The position numbers and the translations under genes are program-made. Below, in pieces: positions 37,865 through 45,884 of a stretch of 64,000 bases of DNA. The stretch covers positions 63,457 to 127,456 of the forward strand of contig JANTFT010000001.1 of NCBI GenBank assembly GCA_024763275.1, given 5' to 3'. The notes beneath the pieces are model-generated. The model was not told the origin of the DNA. It saw nothing but the letters and a program-made list of their open reading frames with translations, and did not search any database. Numbering within the stretch: the stretch's first letter is position 1; every line of letters starts with the position of its first letter. The stretch is from Anaerolineales bacterium. GTDB taxonomy: Bacteria > Chloroflexota > Anaerolineae > Anaerolineales > UBA11858.

Positions 37865-38269
37865 TCAGTGTAAACAATCTGTGTTGCAAAACAAGTCGGC
37901 TTTCTTAATCATGCCTCCCAGCAATCTGTTGATATCAAAGCATTGTTTTTTTAACTTATTTCTGGAACTAATGGAAATGTACTGACAGTTATAAGCAATA
38001 TCAATCCAGTGTTCTGTTTCGTTTATCTCCGCTTCAGCGTCGGTTAATTTTGAGGTGAAATGTTTTATATATGCTCGTTTGCCCCAAGCCTCCGCAATTT
38101 GCGCCCCAATGGAACGGGATGACCTTCTTATTTGACTTGTTAGGGAATATCTCTCCTCTCTTGGAAATGACAATGATATTGTGAAAGTATCCTCAGCCAG
38201 CTCCATGGCTTTTTTTTTATACACAAGCAAATCCTGAAAATTGCTCGCATATGGTAATTTCTCTCTCAT
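37865..38269 (-). CDS. four-helix-bundle protein (23S rRNA intervening-sequence protein / Avd-like family)
   Basis: FQDLLVYKKAMELA..., ..ERYSLTSQIRRSSRSIGAQIAEAWG, and TE.W... are typical of this family. DNA is much more AT-rich than the flanks. Confidence 0.8.
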   Translation of the reverse strand: MREKLPYASNFQDLLVYKKKAMELAEDTFTISLSFPREERYSLTSQIRRSSRSIGAQIAEAWGKRAYIKHFTSKLTDAEAEINETEHWIDIAYNCQYISISSRNKLKKQCFDINRLLGGMIKKADLFCNTDCLH

Positions 38270-38305
38270 TCCAGTGCCCCCCTGATTGTGCGCTGTTGGT
38301 GATCT

Positions 38306-38318
38306 GCTTACAGCTTAC
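38306..38318. repeat. right arm of the inverted repeat flanking the four-helix-bundle gene (GCTTACAGCTTAC)
   Basis: Three GCTTAC units at 7-nt phasing (38306, 38313, 38320), 37 nt upstream of the gene start. Confidence 0.6.
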
Positions 38319-38370
38319 TGCTTACTACATATACTACTTGCTATTTCACTGAAAATACAAGAGCTAAAGG

Positions 38371-39222
38371 CTACAGCATCCCCATCAGTTCGTCGTACTC
38401 GTCATCCTTCATGGTGAACCAGTTCTCTTTCTGGGGGAAGGTCTTGTCCTTGACCTCTTGGTTGTACTGGATGAGGCCATTTTGCAGGACTTCGCCGGCG
38501 TTGCCGTAGACCTTGGCCATTTTGGGGGTGAACTTGGGGTAAAGGCCGAACATGTCGTGGAAGATCAGCAGCTGGCCGTGTGCATCCGGCCCGGACCCCA
38601 GGCTCATGATCAAGCATTCTTCTGCCCTTTCGGTGATGATCTTTGTGACCCGATCCGGCACCATTTCCAGCAGGATGCAGAATGCGCCGGCCTCTTCGAG
38701 CGCTTTGGCGTCGTCGATGATCTCCTTGGCCTGAGCTGCCCCGCGCCCCTGGACCCGGAAACCGCCCAGGGCGGCCACGCTCTGAGGAGTGAGTCCCAGG
38801 TGACCGATGGCGGGGATCCCGGCAGAGACGATAGCGTGCATCCGGTCCACCATGGACTGGCCGCCTTCCAGCTTGATAGCGTCGCAGCCGGCTTCTGCCA
38901 TAAAGCGGCCGGCGTTCAGAACAGCCGATTCGGAGCTGGCCTGGTAGGACATGTAGGGCATATCCCCTACCAAAAAAGCCGTCGGGGCTCCCCGACGGAC
39001 AGCCTGGGTGTGGCGGATCATGTCATTCATGGTCACCGGCAGGGTACCGTCATAGCCCAGCATGGTCATACCCAGACTGTCTCCTACCAGCAGCATATCG
39101 ATTCCCGCCTGTTCCTGGAAATAGGCTGTCGGATAATCATAGCTGGTCAACCAGGAGATAGGTTCTCCCTTGGCGGCCTTGTCGAACAGGGTGCGGATGG
39201 TCACTTTTTTTCTGTCTGTCAT
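38371..39222 (-). CDS. panB: 3-methyl-2-oxobutanoate hydroxymethyltransferase (ketopantoate hydroxymethyltransferase)
   Basis: KKVTI..L...K......LT.YDY..A, LVGDSLGM, and KLEGG motifs. ATG 39222 has an AGGAG SD; the 36-codon 5' extension in the track is unlikely. Confidence 0.9.
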   Translation of the reverse strand: MTDRKKVTIRTLFDKAAKGEPISWLTSYDYPTAYFQEQAGIDMLLVGDSLGMTMLGYDGTLPVTMNDMIRHTQAVRRGAPTAFLVGDMPYMSYQASSESAVLNAGRFMAEAGCDAIKLEGGQSMVDRMHAIVSAGIPAIGHLGLTPQSVAALGGFRVQGRGAAQAKEIIDDAKALEEAGAFCILLEMVPDRVTKIITERAEECLIMSLGSGPDAHGQLLIFHDMFGLYPKFTPKMAKVYGNAGEVLQNGLIQYNQEVKDKTFPQKENWFTMKDDEYDELMGML

Positions 39223-39541
39223 GGAAAACACTCCTGGAAATATAAGGGATAAGAACCCGGTCGGGTCAGACCCTGATCCGATTCGGGAGAAAAATTTAAG
39301 GCCGGGAAAATCTGCCCCTTCTGTGGTCATTCCAGCGCAGTGCCTCGCGGGCCCTGTGTAAGCAATTTCCCGGCAGGATATATCTAATTGTAAGTCAAAT
39401 AAGCTCCTCTAGCAACTTGACTGCACCCCGCCGGACTGTCAAATTGAGGTGTGATTTCCAGGGAATTGCGACCGGCAGCGGTAAATTCTGATAATATATT
39501 TGATATTCATCTATCAACAGCAATATGGTGATGAAAATAAC

Positions 39542-39570
39542 TTGCTAAGGGGTTGTTTTTTCATGATAAT
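39542..39570 (+). promoter_or_regulatory. candidate promoter TTGCTA-17 nt-GATAAT for the folD operon
   Basis: Hexamers at 39542-39547 and 39565-39570, leaving a 5' UTR of about 90 nt. Confidence 0.45.
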
Positions 39571-39665
39571 GTTTTAGTGTGTTGGAATAGGCCAGCAGTA
39601 GTTTTCCACCCGAATTTACAATCGAAAACGTTGGTTGACCTCATTATTTATTAAGGGAGTTGTAT

Positions 39666-40547
39666 ATGACCGCGAAAATCATAGATGGGCGGGCTGTTGC
39701 CCAGGAAATCCGCGACGCAGTAGCCGCTGATGTGGCAGCCATGGTTGCTGAAGGGAAAAATCCGCCAGGATTGGCGACCGTGCTGGTAGGAGAAAACCCG
39801 GCATCCCAGGTTTATGTCAACATGAAGCATAAGGCCTGCGAAAAAGCTGGTATAAAATCCATTGGCCATGTGCTTCCAGCCACTGCGACCCAGGAAGAAG
39901 TTGAGGAGCTGGTTAAGCAGCTTAACGAGGATCCAAATGTGCACGGCATTCTGGTCCAGCTGCCCCTGCCCGATGGGTTGGATGACGAAAGCGTCCTGCG
40001 GACCATCAGCATTGAAAAGGACGTCGACGGCTTCCATCCCCTCAATATCGGCCGTCTGGCCCAGAAGGGACGGGAGCCCATGTTCGTCCCTGCTACCCCG
40101 GATGGGGTGCTCTACCTGCTGAAGCATTCCGGTGTGGAGCTCGAAGGAGCAGACGCTGTGGTGCTGGGTCGCTCCTTTATCGTGGGAATGCCGGCCGCGC
40201 TGCTGCTGGTAAGGGAAAACGCCACGGTCACGATCTGCCATTCCCGCACGAAAAACCTGAAGGAGAAGTGTGCCGAAGCGGATATCCTGATCGCCGCTGT
40301 TGGCCGGCCCGAGATGGTCAAAGGAGACTGGATCAAGCCCGGCGCGGCGGTCATCGATGTGGGCACCAACCGCGTAGACGATGACAGCGTGGAGAGAGGC
40401 TACCGCCTGACCGGCGATGTTGATTTCAAAGAGGCTCTGGAAGTGGCAGGCTACATTACCCCCGTACCTGGAGGTGTGGGGCCGATGACCATCGCCATGC
40501 TGCTTCGCAATACGGTCCGGGCCGCCAAGTTAGCCTATAATAAATGA
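39666..40547 (+). CDS. folD: bifunctional 5,10-methylene-THF dehydrogenase / methenyl-THF cyclohydrolase
   Basis: KIIDGRAVA, YV..K.KACE..GI, and GRS.IVG.P motifs. AAGGGAG SD 6 nt before ATG 39666; the track start at 39660 is a TTG. Confidence 0.95.
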   Translation: MTAKIIDGRAVAQEIRDAVAADVAAMVAEGKNPPGLATVLVGENPASQVYVNMKHKACEKAGIKSIGHVLPATATQEEVEELVKQLNEDPNVHGILVQLPLPDGLDDESVLRTISIEKDVDGFHPLNIGRLAQKGREPMFVPATPDGVLYLLKHSGVELEGADAVVLGRSFIVGMPAALLLVRENATVTICHSRTKNLKEKCAEADILIAAVGRPEMVKGDWIKPGAAVIDVGTNRVDDDSVERGYRLTGDVDFKEALEVAGYITPVPGGVGPMTIAMLLRNTVRAAKLAYNK

Positions 40548-40585
40548 TCTGGGATTTTATTGTCGTTTAGAAGAAAAGGAGTGGA

Positions 40586-42502
40586 ATGATGACCTTTGAG
40601 AAGAAAGCCGTAAAACCATCCCCGCTGGAACTGCTCTCCCCGGTTCCGTCGGACATCGATATCGCTCATGCGGCCAATATTAAACCGATCAAGGAGCTCG
40701 CTCATGAGATTGGTTTGCAGGAAGATGAGCTGGAGTTGTTCGGTAAGTTCAAGGCCAAGGTCAAGCTGGAGGTCCTGGACCGCCTGAAGGATGTTCCAGA
40801 CGGTAAATACATCGATGTGACTGCCATCACGCCAACTCCTTTGGGTGAGGGCAAAACCACCACCACGGTGGGATTAAGCCAGGCCATGGGCGCCCATCTT
40901 GGCAAGAGCGTCTTTACCTGCATCCGCCAGCCCAGCCAGGGACCAACCTTCGGCATCAAGGGTGGCGCGGCAGGAGGTGGATACAGCCAGATCATTCCCA
41001 TGGAGGATTTCAACCTCCACCTGACCGGAGATATCCATGCCATCACGGCTGCTAACAACCTGGTAGCGGCAGCCATTGATACCCGCATGTACCATGAGAG
41101 CCGCCAGACAGACGAAGCCCTCTTCAACCGCCTGTGCCCGACCGATAAGGAAGGCAAACGGGAATTTTCCCCGATCATGTTCCGCCGCCTGAAGAAGCTG
41201 GGTATCGATAAAACAGATCCCGATGACCTGACCCCTGAAGAGGTCAGTAAGTTCGTTCGCTTGGATATAGACCCCGATTCCATCACCTGGCGCCGGGTAG
41301 TGGATACTAATGACCGTATGCTGCGGGGGATCGAAATTGGAATGGGTCCCAAGGAAAATGGATTCACCCGACAAACGGGATTTGACATCACTGTTGCCAG
41401 TGAGATCATGGCCATCCTGGCTCTGACCACCAGTCTGGCAGATATGCGGGAGCGTTTAGGTCGTGTGGTAGTTGCCACCAATAAAGCCGGTGAACCCATT
41501 ACCATGGATGACCTGGGCGTATCCGGCGCTGCAACCGTGCTGATGAAAGACGCCATCAAGCCTAACCTGATGCAAACTTTGGAAGGTACGCCCGCATTTG
41601 TGCATGCCGGGCCTTTTGCCAATATCGCCCACGGCAACAGCTCGATCCTGGCTGATAAGATCGCTCTTAAACTGGCGGATTACGTGTTGACGGAATCTGG
41701 ATTTGGCGCCGATGTCGGTATGGAGAAGTTCTTTGACATCAAGTGCCGCTATTCAGGACTTATACCCGACGCAGTGGTGCTGGTTGCCACGGTGCGGGCT
41801 CTGAAGATGCACGGCGGCGGGCCCAAGGTCACGGCTGGAACACCTCTTGATCCGGCCTATACTACGGAGAACCTGGAGCTGCTCAGGAAAGGCATTGCCA
41901 ACCTCGAAGCCCACATCGAAAACGCTTTGAAGTTTGGAATTCCGACTGTAGTGGCCGTTAACAGTTTTAAGGATGATACAGAGGCAGAAGTCCAGATGGT
42001 GCGGGAGGCTGCTATCAAAGCCGGGGCCTTTAATGCTGTGGTCACCCGCCACTGGATGGAGGGCGGTCAGGGCGCAGTTGATCTCGCCAAGGCAGTTGTG
42101 GAAGCCTGCGAACAGCCCAGCGATTTCAAATTCCTTTATCCATTGAAAGGCACTTCCATCAAGGAAAAGATCGAGATCATCTGCAAGCAGATTTATGGAG
42201 CAGATGGGGTAACCTATGAACCGCTGGCTGAGAAAAAGGTTGAACTATATACCAAATTGGGTTTTGACGAACTGCCCCTCTGCATGGCCAAAACCCATCT
42301 GAGCCTGAGCCATGACGGCACACTTAAAGGTCGGCCGACAGGATTCACTGTCCCCATCCGGGATATCCGCGCCTCGGTAGGGGCAGGATTCCTCTTCCCG
42401 CTGCTGGGCACCATGAGCACCATGCCAGGGCTGCCAACCCGGCCAGTTTTCTATGATATCGACCTTGATGTGGAGACTGGAAATGTGCTCGGGCTTTCGT
42501 AA
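40586..42502 (+). CDS. fhs: formate--tetrahydrofolate ligase, long (eukaryote-like) form, 638 aa
   Basis: [13 protein letters not shown]-loop, [40 protein letters not shown], and the C-terminal [16 protein letters not shown]. Confidence 0.95.
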   Translation: MMTFEKKAVKPSPLELLSPVPSDIDIAHAANIKPIKELAHEIGLQEDELELFGKFKAKVKLEVLDRLKDVPDGKYIDVTAITPTPLGEGKTTTTVGLSQAMGAHLGKSVFTCIRQPSQGPTFGIKGGAAGGGYSQIIPMEDFNLHLTGDIHAITAANNLVAAAIDTRMYHESRQTDEALFNRLCPTDKEGKREFSPIMFRRLKKLGIDKTDPDDLTPEEVSKFVRLDIDPDSITWRRVVDTNDRMLRGIEIGMGPKENGFTRQTGFDITVASEIMAILALTTSLADMRERLGRVVVATNKAGEPITMDDLGVSGAATVLMKDAIKPNLMQTLEGTPAFVHAGPFANIAHGNSSILADKIALKLADYVLTESGFGADVGMEKFFDIKCRYSGLIPDAVVLVATVRALKMHGGGPKVTAGTPLDPAYTTENLELLRKGIANLEAHIENALKFGIPTVVAVNSFKDDTEAEVQMVREAAIKAGAFNAVVTRHWMEGGQGAVDLAKAVVEACEQPSDFKFLYPLKGTSIKEKIEIICKQIYGADGVTYEPLAEKKVELYTKLGFDELPLCMAKTHLSLSHDGTLKGRPTGFTVPIRDIRASVGAGFLFPLLGTMSTMPGLPTRPVFYDIDLDVETGNVLGLS

Positions 42503-42542
42503 ATCAAATCCCGTAAGGAGTTGGTTTAATGCCTGAAGTAAA

Positions 42543-42582
42543 CTCCGGGGCAGACTGCCCGGCAAAGGCGTCTGCCCTGGAG
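42543..42582 (+). other. 13-bp intercistronic hairpin between fhs and fdhD (attenuator/stabiliser candidate)
   Basis: ctccggggcagac (42543-42555) pairs with gtctgccctggag (42570-42582), with one G.U. 14-nt loop. Followed by the T-rich tgatttagtggttgttttt. Confidence 0.45.
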
Positions 42583-42620
42583 GTGATTTAGTGGTTGTTT
42601 TTAAGAGCTGAAAGGTTGCG

Positions 42621-43412
42621 ATGGTAAATCGCGGAACAGAGACCACCCGATGGTGGGAATTCCATCATGACTGGCGGGAAGGCGGGGGAGAAGTCATTGA
42701 GGAAATGACCCTCACTATTTACGTTAATGGTGGAGAGTTTGTCTCTATCATGGGCACGCCGCTGAACCAGGATTGGTTGGCGGTTGGTTTCTTAAGGAAC
42801 GAGGGCATAATCACCGGTCTAGATGAGATCAGCGATCTGAAAATTTCCGGCGATGGCTGCTGCATTGATGTCTGGCTGAAGAAGGATGTGGAGCTGCCTG
42901 ACAAAATGATCATCACCTCCGGCTGCGGCAGCGGAGCAGCCCGCGAAGATCGCGACGAAGTCATTGAACCGTTTCCGATTCTTGAGCAAGCGACCCCCAC
43001 GGTGTTGTTGGATGCCTTTACTGAGCTGCAGACCAAGGACAGCCTCTACGCCCGGGCCAGAGGCGTGCATGCTGCCGGACTGCTGGAAATTGATAGCGGC
43101 ACGATCCTGCAGGTCGCGGAGGATATCGGCCGCCACAACGCCATCGACAAACTCCAGGGAGCCTGTATGTTTGGGGACATCACTACCCGGGGAAGAGCGC
43201 TGTTGACCACCGGCAGGATCTCCTCGGAAATGCTCCGCAAAGGCGCGGCCATGGGATGCCCGATCATCGCTTCCCGAACGTCCCCGACCACAGCGGCGGT
43301 GGATCTGGCCCGCATCTGGCAAATCACCCTGGTTGGTTACGCCCGACAGGGAAAACTCCGGGCTTATTCTTCCCCGGAGAGGTTGGGCTTCATGCGAAGT
43401 GATCGATCGTGA
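42621..43412 (+). CDS. fdhD: formate dehydrogenase accessory sulfurtransferase FdhD
   Basis: GRHNAIDKL motif and TSGCGS/CG cysteine loop. 263 aa. Confidence 0.85.
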   Translation: MVNRGTETTRWWEFHHDWREGGGEVIEEMTLTIYVNGGEFVSIMGTPLNQDWLAVGFLRNEGIITGLDEISDLKISGDGCCIDVWLKKDVELPDKMIITSGCGSGAAREDRDEVIEPFPILEQATPTVLLDAFTELQTKDSLYARARGVHAAGLLEIDSGTILQVAEDIGRHNAIDKLQGACMFGDITTRGRALLTTGRISSEMLRKGAAMGCPIIASRTSPTTAAVDLARIWQITLVGYARQGKLRAYSSPERLGFMRSDRS

Positions 43413-43458
43413 ATGAGGTTGAATATAGGTCTATAAGAGCAGGCAAGGATACTTAATT

Positions 43459-43926
43459 ATGAGTGGCAATGATATCGATGTGGCTTTGATTGATCCCATA
43501 CTCCAGGAGTTCAAAGAACAGAAAGGTGCAGTTATCCCCATCTTGCAGCGCACCCAGGATATCTATGGCTACCTGCCTGAGGATGCCATGCAGGAAATTT
43601 CCAAAAAGAGCGGCATCTCCATCAGCCAGCTATATGGTGTGGCGACCTTTTACGCTCAGTTCAATCTTGAGCCGCGGGGCCGCCATTTGATCCAGATCTG
43701 TGATGGAACTGCCTGTCATGTCCGGGGTGCGCCGAAACTTGTGGAGGCGGTCGAGGGTCAGTACAACCTGGAAGCTGGCGGAAGCGATCCTGATTTCCAG
43801 TACACCCTGGAAATCGTTTACTGCCTGGGTTCCTGCGGCCTGGCCCCCATTGCACTGGTTGATGGGCAGGTATACGGCAACACCACGCCGGACTCTCTGG
43901 TGGAGAATATCAAAGAGCTGGATTGA
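43459..43926 (+). CDS. NuoE-like [2Fe-2S] subunit (HydC/HylC/FdsG type)
   Basis: Thioredoxin-like ferredoxin with the Cys pattern ICDGTACHV...CLGSCGLAP. Confidence 0.85.
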   Translation: MSGNDIDVALIDPILQEFKEQKGAVIPILQRTQDIYGYLPEDAMQEISKKSGISISQLYGVATFYAQFNLEPRGRHLIQICDGTACHVRGAPKLVEAVEGQYNLEAGGSDPDFQYTLEIVYCLGSCGLAPIALVDGQVYGNTTPDSLVENIKELD

Positions 43927-43949
43927 CGGTACTACGAGGAGAATACCCA

Positions 43950-45866
43950 ATGCCGGTGTTAAAAAACCTGACCGAATTGAAAGAGCTGCGTGAAAAAGCC
44001 CGGGCCCAGAAGGCTGACAGGGAAAACAACAAGCTTACCATCATCCTGGGAATGGGCACCTGCGGGATCGCCGCCGGAGCGAACGAGGTTGCAGCAGCAG
44101 TCCGGGAGGAATTGGACAAACGCAATATCGAAGCGGAAATCGTCAACGTGGGCTGCATTGGCATGTGCCACAATGAGCCTTTGCTGGACATCCAGGAGCC
44201 CGGAGGCCCCCGGGTCACCTATACTAAAGTCAAGCCGGCCATGGTGGGCAAGATCATTGAAAAGCATCTGGTGAAAGGAGAGCTTAGCAAACGCTGGATT
44301 TTCGGCCAGCTGCCGGGTGAAAACGGCCAGACGATCGAGGGATTGAAGACATATGATGAACTTCCCTTTTACAGCAAACAGATCCGCATTGCTCTCCGCA
44401 ACTGCGGGATCATCGACCCCGAGAGCATTGAGGAGTACCTTGCTTCCGGAGGCTACGGAGGTCTGGAAAAAGCGCTTTTCCAGATGAGCCCTGATGAGGT
44501 GATCGAAGAGATCAAAGATTCCGGTCTGCGGGGCCGGGGCGGCGCCGGGTTCCTGACCGGATTGAAATGGGAGTTCTGCCGGAAAGCTAAAGACTATCCC
44601 AAATACGTCATCTGCAACGCGGATGAAGGCGACCCGGGCGCTTTTATGGATCGTTCGGTCCTGGAAGGCGATCCCCATGCCCTGCTGGAGGGGATGATCA
44701 TTGCCGGATATGCCATTGGCGCACCAGAGGGTTATATATATTGCCGGGCTGAATATCCGCTGGCCATCGTGCGCCTGAAAAAAGCCATCCAGCAGGCATA
44801 TGACCTGGGTTTCCTGGGGGAGAATATCCTTGGTTCTGGTTATTCATTTGATCTGAAGATCAAGGAGGGTGCCGGTGCTTTCGTGTGCGGGGAAGAGACA
44901 GCGTTGATTGCCTCCATTGAGGGCAAGCGGGGTGAACCCAGGCCCCGCCCGCCCTATCCGGCTGCATCTGGTTTGTGGGGGAAACCCACCAACGTCAATA
45001 ATGTCAAATCCTATGCAATCGCCAGCCAGATCATGGTCAGGGGAGCTGATTGGTTCAGTAAGATCGGCACTAAAAAGTCTCCCGGTACAGCGGTCTTCGC
45101 CCTGACGGGGAAGATCAAGAACACCGGCCTGGTCGAAGTTCCTATGGGGATTTCCCTGCGGGAAATCATCTACGACCTCGGTGGCGGTATCATTAATAAT
45201 AAAAGATTCAAAGCCGTCCAGACCGGCGGACCCCTGGGTGGATGTTTGCCAGAAGATGCGCTCGATACGGCGGTGGACTTTGACTCGCTCACCGCAGCCG
45301 GGGCGACCATGGGCTCGGGGGGCATGATCGTGGTCGATCAGGATACCTGCATGGTGGAATTTGCCCGCTACTTCCTGACCTTCGCTTCGGCAGAGTCCTG
45401 CGGCAAATGCGTTCCCTGCCGGATCGGCGGACAGCGCCTCCTGGAAGTGCTCACCCGCATCACCAGGGGTGAAGGCAGTTTAGAGGACCTGGACGAGATC
45501 GAGAGAATCTCCAAATACATGAGGGAGGGATCCCTGTGCGCTCTCGGACAGCTCACTCCCGGCCCGGTGATGGCTTCCCTGCGGTTTTTCCGCGAGGAGT
45601 ATGAAGCCCATGTAACGGAAAAGTTCTGTCCGGCTGGCGTTTGTGCTGGTATGTATGCCTATGAGATTGATGCCGATCCCTGCACCGGATGTGGGTTGTG
45701 TGCCAAAGCCTGTCCGACTAATGCCATTACTGGGGAGAAGAAAGAACCCCATGCCATTGATCAACTGCAGTGCATCCAATGTGGGGCCTGTTATGAGGTC
45801 TGCAATTTTGGAGCTGTGCTGGTGAAGAGAAAACATGAGCTGCCGGTGGCAGAGGTCAATAAATAA
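43950..45866 (+). CDS. NuoF-like NAD(H)/FMN subunit with N-terminal thioredoxin-like domain and C-terminal 2x[4Fe-4S] ferredoxin extension (HydB/HylB type)
   Basis: GLRGRGGAGF FMN site, ESCGKCVPCR N3 cluster, C-terminal CTGCGLCAKACP and CIQCGACYEVC. GAGGAG SD before ATG 43950. Confidence 0.85.
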   Translation: MPVLKNLTELKELREKARAQKADRENNKLTIILGMGTCGIAAGANEVAAAVREELDKRNIEAEIVNVGCIGMCHNEPLLDIQEPGGPRVTYTKVKPAMVGKIIEKHLVKGELSKRWIFGQLPGENGQTIEGLKTYDELPFYSKQIRIALRNCGIIDPESIEEYLASGGYGGLEKALFQMSPDEVIEEIKDSGLRGRGGAGFLTGLKWEFCRKAKDYPKYVICNADEGDPGAFMDRSVLEGDPHALLEGMIIAGYAIGAPEGYIYCRAEYPLAIVRLKKAIQQAYDLGFLGENILGSGYSFDLKIKEGAGAFVCGEETALIASIEGKRGEPRPRPPYPAASGLWGKPTNVNNVKSYAIASQIMVRGADWFSKIGTKKSPGTAVFALTGKIKNTGLVEVPMGISLREIIYDLGGGIINNKRFKAVQTGGPLGGCLPEDALDTAVDFDSLTAAGATMGSGGMIVVDQDTCMVEFARYFLTFASAESCGKCVPCRIGGQRLLEVLTRITRGEGSLEDLDEIERISKYMREGSLCALGQLTPGPVMASLRFFREEYEAHVTEKFCPAGVCAGMYAYEIDADPCTGCGLCAKACPTNAITGEKKEPHAIDQLQCIQCGACYEVCNFGAVLVKRKHELPVAEVNK

Positions 45867-45884
45867 GAAGGAGAAATCCATACT

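Noticed and set aside
39223-39330. 5' extensions of the track ORFs: panB to 39330, comM to 59299, the unknown 420-aa protein to 37889, the SBP from 17365, secD to 57533
   Set aside because: In each case an internal ATG with a good SD, or a -10 box placed directly before it, matches the family N-terminus. The extensions run through promoters or a terminator.
39571-39665. Possible THF riboswitch in the roughly 90-nt folD 5' UTR, and possible Moco riboswitch in the fdhD upstream spacer (42503-42620)
   Set aside because: I could not find the conserved core sequences I remember for either class. This needs a covariance-model scan (Rfam/Infernal) to settle, so no call is made.
40702-41637. 311-aa minus-strand ORF inside fhs; similar antisense ORFs at 8582..9550, 39651..40241, 43959..44678, 38458..39252 and 37053..37757
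   Set aside because: All are antisense to genes with clear family motifs. They have Ser/Arg/Pro-rich composition and lack ribosome-binding sites.
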